A stretch of 64,000 nt of DNA from Oceanicaulis sp. (GCA_965229795.1 CBDDJM010000001.1:958630-1022629), one strand, 5' to 3'. Counted from the first letter of the stretch, positions 19,830 through 29,997 are shown. Program-made: numbers and translations. The notes: generated by a model from the letters alone, not told the origin.

Positions 19830-21356
19830 ATGGGGACGCAAATGGCAGAATTCAGCCTGCATGGCCTTTCCGGCGACGATACGCTCAAGCCTGACAATCT
19901 TGATGCCTATCTGGCGGCCTATCAGCTTCTGGATAACCAGCCACAGGCCAGCGCCGGGCATCGCCTCTTGCCGCCCCTGGCCCTGGTTGCAGGGCCGAGT
20001 GTTTTTGCAACTGGACTGATCTTCCTTGCACCGCAGCTCACGATCGCTGCTGCGCTGTGTGCGCTTTATATTTACATTGCCAGCCTGGTGGTTTTGCGGT
20101 TAGCCGCTGCGCTACTTCCACGTCGCGACACGCCCGCGGTTCAGCTGACGCCGGCCCGGCTTTCAACAATGAGCGTGATCGTTGCGATGTATCGCGAGAG
20201 CGAAGTGGTCGCTGGATTGTGCACCAGCCTCAGCCGCCTCAATTACCCGCGTGACAAGCTGGAAATCCTGCTGGTGCTTGAGGCTGGCGATGATGAAACC
20301 ATCAAGGCGGCACGCGCCGCGGCCCGCCGCCACGGCTTTCAGGTCCTCATCGCTCCGCCGTGCGGGCCCCAGACCAAGCCACGTGCGCTCAATTACGCCC
20401 TGCGCTTTGCCAGCGGCGACTTTGTCGCCGTCTATGACGCTGAAGACTCCCCTAGCCGCAATCAGCTCTGGCAGGCCGCGGAATGCTTTGCTGCCAACCC
20501 TCGGCTAGGCGTCGTTCAGGCACCGCTTGGATGGTATAACGCCCGCGACTGCTGGCTGACGCGTCAGTTTGCGCTGGAATATGCAGCCCAGTTTCACGGC
20601 ATCCTGCCGCTCTTCTCCCGACTGGGCACGCCGCTACCGCTCGGTGGGACCAGCAATGTGTTTCGTATGGACGCCCTGCAGGGCAGCGGTGGATGGGATC
20701 CGTTCAACGTGACCGAAGACGCCGATCTGGGCTTTCGCCTGGCGGTGCATGGCTGGCAGGCCGGTCTGGTTCCGGCAGGAACAGCTGAGGAAGCCCCCAC
20801 CACGCTGAAAGCGTGGACCGGACAACGCAGCCGCTGGCTGAAAGGTCATCTGATCACATGGCTTGTGCAGATGCGCCAACCCCGCGCCCTGATTGAAGCG
20901 GCTGGCTGGCGGGCATTCTGGGCGCTACAGGTCAGCTTGCTCGCCAATGTGTTCAGTGCGCTGGCACAGGTGCCAGGGCTAATCCTGATCACCGCCGGGC
21001 TCGTCATGGCGCTTGTCGGCACGGCCAATGCGCTGACCTGGGTCGGGCTTGGCTTCGGGTTGACGGGCTGGGCCGCGTCCATCCTGTGCCTATGGCGCAG
21101 CGCCCGGCGCGCTGGCGTTGGCACTGCGCTTGGCGACCTGCTGACCGCACCCGCCTACTGGCTGTGCCAGGTCCCTGCTGCCATGCGTGCCTTGAAGGAG
21201 ATGGGGTCTCAGCCCTATGTCTGGGTCAAGACCCGTCACGGGGTCTCCACGACCCGGCGCGAGGCCCCCGATGACATTGACGGTCACTCTCATCCTGATG
21301 GCGATTACGGCTGGGCTGTTTGCCCTGTGCGCCTGGCGGTCGAACCTGCCCACTGA
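19830..21356 (+). CDS. membrane-embedded processive family-2 glycosyltransferase
   Basis: 508-aa ORF with N-terminal TM segments, a GT-A core (VIVAMYRE, YDAEDSP, VTEDADLGFRL) and the Q-x-x-R-W motif GQRSRWLKG, followed by about 4 C-terminal TM segments. Confidence 0.8.
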   Translation: MGTQMAEFSLHGLSGDDTLKPDNLDAYLAAYQLLDNQPQASAGHRLLPPLALVAGPSVFATGLIFLAPQLTIAAALCALYIYIASLVVLRLAAALLPRRDTPAVQLTPARLSTMSVIVAMYRESEVVAGLCTSLSRLNYPRDKLEILLVLEAGDDETIKAARAAARRHGFQVLIAPPCGPQTKPRALNYALRFASGDFVAVYDAEDSPSRNQLWQAAECFAANPRLGVVQAPLGWYNARDCWLTRQFALEYAAQFHGILPLFSRLGTPLPLGGTSNVFRMDALQGSGGWDPFNVTEDADLGFRLAVHGWQAGLVPAGTAEEAPTTLKAWTGQRSRWLKGHLITWLVQMRQPRALIEAAGWRAFWALQVSLLANVFSALAQVPGLILITAGLVMALVGTANALTWVGLGFGLTGWAASILCLWRSARRAGVGTALGDLLTAPAYWLCQVPAAMRALKEMGSQPYVWVKTRHGVSTTRREAPDDIDGHSHPDGDYGWAVCPVRLAVEPAH

Positions 21357-21486
21357 ACCGCCCAAAGTTCGCATGGTGCCGTGGACGACACTGTGCATCC
21401 TCCTGGGCGCGCTCTTCCTGTTTCTGCTGGCGCACGTCTTCACGTTGTTCGGCTTTGAAACCGGGCAGATGTTCAACCGCTTCTAG
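21271..21486 (+). CDS. small two-TM membrane protein (about 72 aa), overlapping the 3' end of the GT2 gene
   Basis: The ORF track gives 21217-21486. The internal start MTLTVTLILMAITAGLFALCAW leads to a second hydrophobic span WTTLCILLGALFLFLLAHVFTLFGF. It overlaps the GT2 ORF in another frame. The start is uncertain. Confidence 0.4.
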   Translation: MTLTVTLILMAITAGLFALCAWRSNLPTEPPKVRMVPWTTLCILLGALFLFLLAHVFTLFGFETGQMFNRF

Positions 21487-22133
21487 GTGCCCGCCGGAAT
21501 TCGGAAAATCTGGAAGAGCGTCCAGGCGAACAGGCCCGTGAACGCCAGCACCAGCCCCAGACTGCCCCACAGACGCAACCGCTTTGGCAATCGCCGCCAG
21601 GTTTCAATGATGGTCGGCCCGAAGAAGAACACCAGCAGCCCCATCGCCAGATAGCGCACCGAGCGTCCTGCTAGCGCAGCGACAAGAAAAATCGCCGGGT
21701 TCATCTGGACAATCCCGGCCGCGAAGGACGCCACCTGCACCGGCGTCGGGGCCAGCATGGCCAACGCAACCGCCCATCCGCCGATGGAGTCGATGCGGTC
21801 CTGTGACGTATCAAGCGCAGCCGACATGGCCGGTCTGGCGGCGATAAAGCCTTCCAGGATACCAAACGCGGCCCGCCCCACCGCATAGCAGATCAGGCAG
21901 CCCACGACGCTGCCCAGCGTCACGACCAGCGTAACGACAAGCGTCTGTGTCCGCCCGCGCAGCATGTAGGCGAGCATCGGAAACTCGATGGGCCAGGGCA
22001 GGATGGAGGATTCCAGGATAGACCCGAAATAAAGCGCTGGCAGCGCCATCTTTCCGCGCAAAAGCAGCCGGGCTCGCGCTTTCAGGCGGAACCCGGAGCG
22101 GCGATTGGCGGCTTTAGACACAGGCCGGTCCAT
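21483..22133 (-). CDS. YqaA/DedA-superfamily membrane protein
   Basis: 216-aa polytopic ORF. The pattern FGSILESSILPWPIEFPMLAYML near the N-terminus resembles YqaA-type DedA proteins. Confidence 0.6.
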   Translation of the reverse strand: MDRPVSKAANRRSGFRLKARARLLLRGKMALPALYFGSILESSILPWPIEFPMLAYMLRGRTQTLVVTLVVTLGSVVGCLICYAVGRAAFGILEGFIAARPAMSAALDTSQDRIDSIGGWAVALAMLAPTPVQVASFAAGIVQMNPAIFLVAALAGRSVRYLAMGLLVFFFGPTIIETWRRLPKRLRLWGSLGLVLAFTGLFAWTLFQIFRIPAGT

Positions 22134-22156
22134 GCGATTTCGTGGTCCTTAAGTGA

Positions 22157-24610
<2,454 letters not shown>

Positions 24611-24633
24611 TCGACGCGTTCAGCCCATCAACG

Positions 24634-24671
24634 CAGCGGCGCTCTGGCAACGGAGCGCCGCTGTTTTTTTT
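24634..24671 (+). terminator. rho-independent terminator after katG
   Basis: Perfect 11-bp stem CAGCGGCGCTC/GAGCGCCGCTG with an 8-nt loop, followed by eight T residues. Confidence 0.85.
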
Positions 24672-24731
24672 GGCTAACGCCAAAATAACCAATTGATAGA
24701 ATTTGTCGCAGGCTTCGCATAAAAGTTGCGC

Positions 24732-24836
24732 CCCTGTCCGACCCTGCCTAGGCTTTGATCCAAATGCGTCTCTAGATCGTTCGTCCGCTCCGGATGTCAG
24801 CTCTTCTGATGCTTAAGATATTGATCAGGGACAGGG
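24732..24836. repeat. inverted-repeat element, possible degenerate family-2 MITE copy, abutting the ORF1 start
   Basis: CCCTGTCC at 24732-24739 and GGACAGGG at 24829-24836 form an 8-bp perfect inverted repeat 89 nt apart. The termini have the same core (CCTGTCC) as the elements at 33492-33614 and 62390-62507. Internal similarity is weak. Confidence 0.4.
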
Positions 24837-24842
24837 TTTTAT

Positions 24843-25535
24843 ATGTCGAACATTGCGGGGAAGGCGTATGCGATGAATGTCGTGACGCCGAGCAACCGGA
24901 AGATCAGCTGGATCAACCGGACCATATTCATGTTTTTCCGCTGTCTACCCACTGCCCTCCAGGGCCTGCTGGGGTTGCAGCTGATCCACTTTGCACGCTG
25001 GGTCTTTATCAAGCCGGACCAATGGCCGGACCTGGGTCAGGGCAAACAGACTGTGCAGAATGACTATGTGCTGTTCTGCTCCAACTTTAACGGCACCTGG
25101 GACCAGTATATCGACGCCTTCTCCGATGGCATTCCATTGGGGCTGGACCTGTTTTGGTATTCCTCGATCAAATACCCCCGGTCGATCCCCATCACGCCCT
25201 TCAAAAACTACATTACTTTCAACCAGATAAATACTGATTACTACTATAATGCGACCCCGGGCTCGGCCCAGCGCGACATCAAGACCAGCCTGTCCATCTA
25301 TAATCAGGTGGAAAAGCTGACCGAGCTGCACCGCACAGCTACGCCCGATGAGTTCGCAGCCGCCTACGCCAAGGTCGCCAGCCTGATCCAGAACGGTTTG
25401 GGCGATCCCGGCTTTGGTCCGGTGGCCAGCCTTGATACCGAACGGGCCCAGGTCAATCGCTATGCCTATGCCGAGCACAATCACGGCCATGCCTCTTCAC
25501 CCGCCACCGATGCCGCCACACCGAAGGGGGCCTGA
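24843..25535 (+). CDS. uncharacterized protein (operon ORF1, 230 aa)
   Basis: This is the longest ORF in the region, and its stop lies 3 nt before the ORF2 start. Motifs: LIHFARWVFI (48-57), DYVLFCSNFNGTWDQYIDAF (74-93), TDYYYNA (131-137). No family recognised. An alternative start is the ATG at 24873. Confidence 0.7.
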   Translation: MSNIAGKAYAMNVVTPSNRKISWINRTIFMFFRCLPTALQGLLGLQLIHFARWVFIKPDQWPDLGQGKQTVQNDYVLFCSNFNGTWDQYIDAFSDGIPLGLDLFWYSSIKYPRSIPITPFKNYITFNQINTDYYYNATPGSAQRDIKTSLSIYNQVEKLTELHRTATPDEFAAAYAKVASLIQNGLGDPGFGPVASLDTERAQVNRYAYAEHNHGHASSPATDAATPKGA

Positions 25536-25538
25536 ACC

Positions 25539-26603
25539 ATGCCGGATTTTGATAACGGACATATCTTCCTGACCACGCTGGCCCCCATCAAGCCGGGCGC
25601 ACCAGCTGATGACCCCCAGGTTTCCCATGGCCAGCGGATCCGCACGGGTCTGTCGCTGATGCCGGTTGCACGCCAGTCACCCGCCACCGCGAACGCGCAC
25701 GCGATCAGCCCCTTTGCCCGCAACACGCGCAACCATCTGGCGCGCATGTTTGTGCTCAATGACACGGTCTATAATGGCCGCAATACGATGAACCCGCTCG
25801 CGGCCATCTTTCGCAGCATCCCTGTCATTCGAAACTTCTTTGGCGGCGGCGTACCGGCCAACGTCCTGAAGCCGCAGAAGATGGACCATCTGAACGCGTC
25901 CTATCTGGTGTTCTGCGCCGATATCGATGCGATCACGGACGATGGCGATCCGCTTCCCGCCAGCCTGAATGCGGACCAGCAGCGCGAGGTGCGCCATTCC
26001 TATGCGCGCAAGCTGTGGGAGACGATGAGCGAGGAGCTAACGGCGCTCTACTCCAATTGCTACGGGTTTGAAGGCGTTGATTCAGCTGAGAAGTTTGCCG
26101 CCTATCTGGATCGCTGCCACGTGGAAACGACCATGCCGTTCCACGATTATTACTTCCAGAATCCGGGCTTCAAGAACTCCAGGTTGATGATCGCGCTGGG
26201 CGCGGTGACGGCCCTGACCTTCGCCGCAGCGATTGTGGGCTTCGCGCTGCACATGTTTGGCCTTGCGACTATCCCCTTCATTAGCTGGCCCACCAATCTG
26301 TTCTGGCCTGGCGCGACCCTGCTCGGTCTTGTGCTGGGTTTCATCACCGTGAAATTCATCAATTCACGCGGTCAGAAGCCCTTCCCGCTGGGCAGGTTTG
26401 ATGATCTGCCGTCGGTGCTCAAAGCGATCTACATCCAGCAGAAGCTGGCCGATTTCTACATCGACAATCAGGGTGCCGATCCTGACGCGCTGCATGCCGC
26501 CTTTGGCAAATTCATCGCCGAGCACGACCCACAGAACACGCATTCGAAAACGCAGAAGCCGGGCGTTATTTCCTTGGCCGATCCGCAAAACGTAACCCCC
26601 TAA
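25539..26603 (+). CDS. uncharacterized membrane protein (operon ORF2, 354 aa)
   Basis: The soluble N-terminal roughly 210 aa carry NHLARMFVL (65-73), SYLVFCADID (121-130) and HDYYFQN (202-208), colinear with the ORF1 motifs. Two predicted TM helices (about 216-241 and 256-274) and a 75-aa tail follow. Confidence 0.7.
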   Translation: MPDFDNGHIFLTTLAPIKPGAPADDPQVSHGQRIRTGLSLMPVARQSPATANAHAISPFARNTRNHLARMFVLNDTVYNGRNTMNPLAAIFRSIPVIRNFFGGGVPANVLKPQKMDHLNASYLVFCADIDAITDDGDPLPASLNADQQREVRHSYARKLWETMSEELTALYSNCYGFEGVDSAEKFAAYLDRCHVETTMPFHDYYFQNPGFKNSRLMIALGAVTALTFAAAIVGFALHMFGLATIPFISWPTNLFWPGATLLGLVLGFITVKFINSRGQKPFPLGRFDDLPSVLKAIYIQQKLADFYIDNQGADPDALHAAFGKFIAEHDPQNTHSKTQKPGVISLADPQNVTP

Positions 26604-26620
26604 AGAGTTGAGCCAAATCC

Positions 26621-28327
26621 ATGACACGTGAGCTGAATCTCAACGATATTCAGGGCAATATCACCCGCGCCTACGGTCGCTATTCCTTCCCGTTTGCGCG
26701 CTATTATTTCTTCCACTTCCCCGACCCGGCCTGCGGTCGAAAATTCATCGACAAGGTGCGTGAAAAGGTCACCACCGCCGCGCGCTGGCCGACCATGCAG
26801 GACAAACCCGACTGCACGACCAATTGCGCGTTCACCTTCCCGGGCCTGCTGGCACTGCAGCTGTCGATCCGGGCGCTCAAGGAGATGCCGTTCGAGTTTA
26901 TTGAAGGCATGAAGGCGCGCGCCTTCATCCTGGGTGACCGCGACCAGACCCAGACTGAAGCCGAGGCCTTTAAAGCCAACTGGAACGATCACTGGGATCC
27001 GATCTGGAAGCATAATCGGGAACTTGGCTCCGACGGCTCCAACGACGTGCACATGCTGGTCACGCTCAACGCCCAGATCAAGCCGGGCACCACCGACCAG
27101 CCGCACCCGGCGCTGGAAGAGCGCGCCGACTGGCTCATCAAACAGGCCGAAGCCTGTGGCGTACGTGTCATGGATGGCGTGGGTCCGGACGGCAAAGACA
27201 CCTACCAGTCCGCCTCGGCGGTGTTTGACAAGGTGGGCGCGCTCACCCTGCCCACCGCAAAGGAGCATTTCGGCTTTACCGACGGCATCGGTGACCCGGT
27301 GTTTGAAGGCCAGTTTGAACCCGAAGACGAAGCCAGGAATGTCATTGGCCGCGGCAAGCTGATGGGCAATGGCTGGGAGCCTCTGGCCACCGGGGAGTTT
27401 CTGCTAGGCCATCCCGACGAAAGCCAGGAACTGCCCCCAGCGGCCAAACCTCCGGAATTCATGCACAATTCCAGCTTCTTCGCGTTTCGCAAGCTGCACG
27501 AGAATGTCGCCAGCTTTGATGAGGTCGTCGATACCGAGGCTGAAAAATTCGCCAAGGTCATGAATGTCGACATCGAAGAGGCGCGCGAGACCATTCGGGC
27601 AAAGATGTGCGGGCGCTGGTCAGATGGCGTGCCGCTGATGAAATACCCGACCTACGATGAGTGGCAGGCCTTTCGCAAAGCCAGTGGCTTTATCCCGGAC
27701 ATTCAGCCCGATGATACGCCGGAGGAAAAGCAGAAGAAGGCGCTTGATGCCTATGGCAGGCACATCGCCTATATCCGCTCGCCAGAGGCGCGGGACTTCA
27801 GATATGCCGATGACATGCAGGGCTATAAATGCCCGCTCGGGTCGCATATGCGCCGGGTCAACACGCGCGATTATCTTGATCCGCTCAACGATGTCGGGAC
27901 AGACCCCAAGACCGGCAAGCCAGCAGAAAACCCCAACGCCACCAGCACGCTGAACAAGCGTCGCCGCATCCTGCGCCGGGGCCTGCCCTACGGTCCGTCC
28001 AACCTGGAGCACAAGGACGATGACACCGAACAGGGCGTCATCATGATGATCATGGGCGCAAACCTGTTCAGGCAGTTCGAGTTCGTCCAGCAGCAGTGGA
28101 TCCAGTACGGCCTCGATTTCCATCAGGGCAACAACACCTGTCCGATGCTGGGCGATCACAGCCACCACAAGCGGCACACGATTGAGTCAGACCCCGCGTC
28201 CGGCAAACCGCCCTACGTGATGAGCACGCTGAAAACCTTCGTGGAGTGCCGTGGCGGTGACTATTTCTTCGCGCCGTCGATGACGGGTCTTCGCATGCTC
28301 GCCATGGGTACAATTGACCCGACCTAA
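26621..28327 (+). CDS. DyP-type (dye-decolorizing) haem peroxidase, large form
   Basis: 568-aa ORF with N-terminal LNDIQGNITRAY, GFTDGIGDP (GXXDG), the proximal-His region CPLGSHMRRVNTRD, RRGLPYG, FEFVQQQW and C-terminal CRGGDYFFAPS. No twin-arginine signal is present. Confidence 0.88.
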   Translation: MTRELNLNDIQGNITRAYGRYSFPFARYYFFHFPDPACGRKFIDKVREKVTTAARWPTMQDKPDCTTNCAFTFPGLLALQLSIRALKEMPFEFIEGMKARAFILGDRDQTQTEAEAFKANWNDHWDPIWKHNRELGSDGSNDVHMLVTLNAQIKPGTTDQPHPALEERADWLIKQAEACGVRVMDGVGPDGKDTYQSASAVFDKVGALTLPTAKEHFGFTDGIGDPVFEGQFEPEDEARNVIGRGKLMGNGWEPLATGEFLLGHPDESQELPPAAKPPEFMHNSSFFAFRKLHENVASFDEVVDTEAEKFAKVMNVDIEEARETIRAKMCGRWSDGVPLMKYPTYDEWQAFRKASGFIPDIQPDDTPEEKQKKALDAYGRHIAYIRSPEARDFRYADDMQGYKCPLGSHMRRVNTRDYLDPLNDVGTDPKTGKPAENPNATSTLNKRRRILRRGLPYGPSNLEHKDDDTEQGVIMMIMGANLFRQFEFVQQQWIQYGLDFHQGNNTCPMLGDHSHHKRHTIESDPASGKPPYVMSTLKTFVECRGGDYFFAPSMTGLRMLAMGTIDPT

Positions 28328-28345
28328 CGCCAAAGGCGCACCGAT

Positions 28346-29689
28346 ATGTTTACGAAATTTGCCAATATTTTCATCTCGCTCTTCACCCTGCTGAGGGTCA
28401 TCGTGGCGGGACTGGTCTCGCTGCTTCACCTGATTGTGATGGGCGCTGTGTCGCTGGTCTCCGGCGGGATTGGGCCGTTCCTGCTCAAACCCGCAACCCA
28501 GCAGAAGGTCTTCAACGTGTTGCGCGCCTTCTGGCCGAACATAGCGTTGAACACCGTGATCATTAAGTCCTATGAGAATACCGGCACGGTCATTGTCACA
28601 CGCCGCGAGGACGTTCTGGACGTGCTCAGCCGCGATGCGGACTTTGAGGTCGTCTACGGCAGCCGCATGAAGAAGCTGACCAATGGCGACAACTTCTTCC
28701 TCGGCATGCAGCCGGGCTGGGACTACCAGCGCGATGTCTCGGCCATGCGGCTTGCGGCGCGGATTGATGATGTGCCCAACATTGTTCTTCCCAACGCCCA
28801 AACGCGCTCCGCCGAGATTGTCAAAGCCGCCGATGGCAAGATCGACATGGTTCAGGACCTGACCTTGCAGATCCCGTGGGAAATGACGTCCACCTATTTC
28901 GGGGCCGGCGGTGAACGCGACGCCATGGCCGAGTGGACCACCAATCTGTTCTGGTATCTGTTCGCCGATCTGGGCGCTGATGAACAGCTGGATGATATCG
29001 CGATGAGCGATGCCGCCGCTCTGCGCAGCTATCTTGATGACCAAATCGCCGCGCGCAAAGCCAAGCCGACCCAGGGCGACGGTGTTCTCAACCGCTGTCT
29101 TGCGCTTCAAAAGGCCGACACCCCGGGCATGAGTGACCTGGGCATCCGCAACAATCTGCTGGGTCTGCTGATCGGGGCTATCCCGACTATTTCCAAGGCC
29201 AGCTGTTTTGCCATTGATGAGTTGCTGAACCGCCCGGAGCAACTGGCCGGTGCCCAGGCCGCGGCGCGCGAAGGCAAGGACGATCTGATGGCGAACTTTG
29301 TGTGGGAGGCGCTGCGCTTTAACCCGTTCAGTCCGCTGCTCTATCGCCGCGCCACACGCGACGCGACCATCGCGCCATCTACCTTGCGCCGGGTTCGGGT
29401 CAAGAAAGGCCAGATGGTTTTTGCCACAACCGCGGCGGCCTGTTTCGACCCCTATGATTTGGATGCCCCCGGTGCCTTTAAAACTGACCGCCCGTGGGAA
29501 ACCTATATCCCGTGGGGCTATGGCATGCACAAATGCTTTGGCAGCGCGATCAACAAGGCGGTCATTCCGGCGATTTTGAAGCCTGTCCTGATCCAGAAAA
29601 ATCTGCGCCGTGCGCCCGGTGACGCCGGCCAGATCAATAACGGCACGTCCGCCTTCCCTCAGCATTTCCATCTGGAATGGGATGCGTGA
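28346..29689 (+). CDS. cytochrome P450 with N-terminal membrane anchor
   Basis: 447-aa ORF with ExxR (EALRFNP) and the Cys-ligand loop WGYGMHKCFGSAIN. The first roughly 45 residues are hydrophobic (FISLFTLLRVIVAGLVSLLHLIVMGAVSLV). Confidence 0.88.
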   Translation: MFTKFANIFISLFTLLRVIVAGLVSLLHLIVMGAVSLVSGGIGPFLLKPATQQKVFNVLRAFWPNIALNTVIIKSYENTGTVIVTRREDVLDVLSRDADFEVVYGSRMKKLTNGDNFFLGMQPGWDYQRDVSAMRLAARIDDVPNIVLPNAQTRSAEIVKAADGKIDMVQDLTLQIPWEMTSTYFGAGGERDAMAEWTTNLFWYLFADLGADEQLDDIAMSDAAALRSYLDDQIAARKAKPTQGDGVLNRCLALQKADTPGMSDLGIRNNLLGLLIGAIPTISKASCFAIDELLNRPEQLAGAQAAAREGKDDLMANFVWEALRFNPFSPLLYRRATRDATIAPSTLRRVRVKKGQMVFATTAAACFDPYDLDAPGAFKTDRPWETYIPWGYGMHKCFGSAINKAVIPAILKPVLIQKNLRRAPGDAGQINNGTSAFPQHFHLEWDA

Positions 29690-29730
29690 GCCGAGCCTGG
29701 CTCGCCCGTGAATTAAAATTGCGAAGAAAT

Positions 29731-29804
29731 TGGAGCGGGTAGCGAGAATCGAACTCGCACGTTCAGCTTGGGAAGCTGACAGGCTACCATTACATCATAC
29801 CCGC
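29731..29804 (-). tRNA. tRNA-Gly (anticodon CCC)
   Basis: The reverse complement is GCGGGTATGATGTAATGGTAGCCTGTCAGCTTCCCAAGCTGAACGTGCGAGTTCGATTCTCGCTACCCGCTCCA. Acceptor stem GCGGGTA/TACCCGC, anticodon stem TCAGC/GCTGA with loop TTCCCAA, T-arm GCGAG-TTCGATT-CTCGC, and an encoded CCA. The D-stem pairs imperfectly in my reading. Confidence 0.85.
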
Positions 29805-29997
29805 GCGCACTCACGTGCTGAGCCGGTTATCGGTCGAAGTGCGTTTGAGCGCAAGCCTCGGATGCGAAGACACCAGAGGCACCAGCACACTGCACAATCC
29901 AGCGCGGTTGCAGCATCAAGAAGCGCTCAACCTCTATGAAAGAATTTAACACGCCATAGATTGCAAGCCGTGACAATTCAGCTTACCAAAATTGTCC

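Noticed and set aside
24693-24723. A sigma-70-like promoter, TTGATA-N18/19-CATAAA, upstream of ORF1.
   Set aside because: The spacer is longer than optimal, the -10 is poor, and alphaproteobacterial promoters are hard to call by eye. It is mentioned only as a possibility.
26621-28327. DyP as cargo of an encapsulin nanocompartment.
   Set aside because: No HK97-fold shell gene of about 265 aa is adjacent. ORF1 and ORF2 do not resemble encapsulins, and ORF2 has TM helices.
24611-29991. A classical integrative island at tRNA-Gly, with integrase and att direct repeats.
   Set aside because: No integrase, excisionase or transposase ORF lies on either side. I could not find a repeat of the tRNA 3' end near 24.6-24.9 kb; the only candidate is a weak AGAAT..TCGCA resemblance at about 24697-24710.
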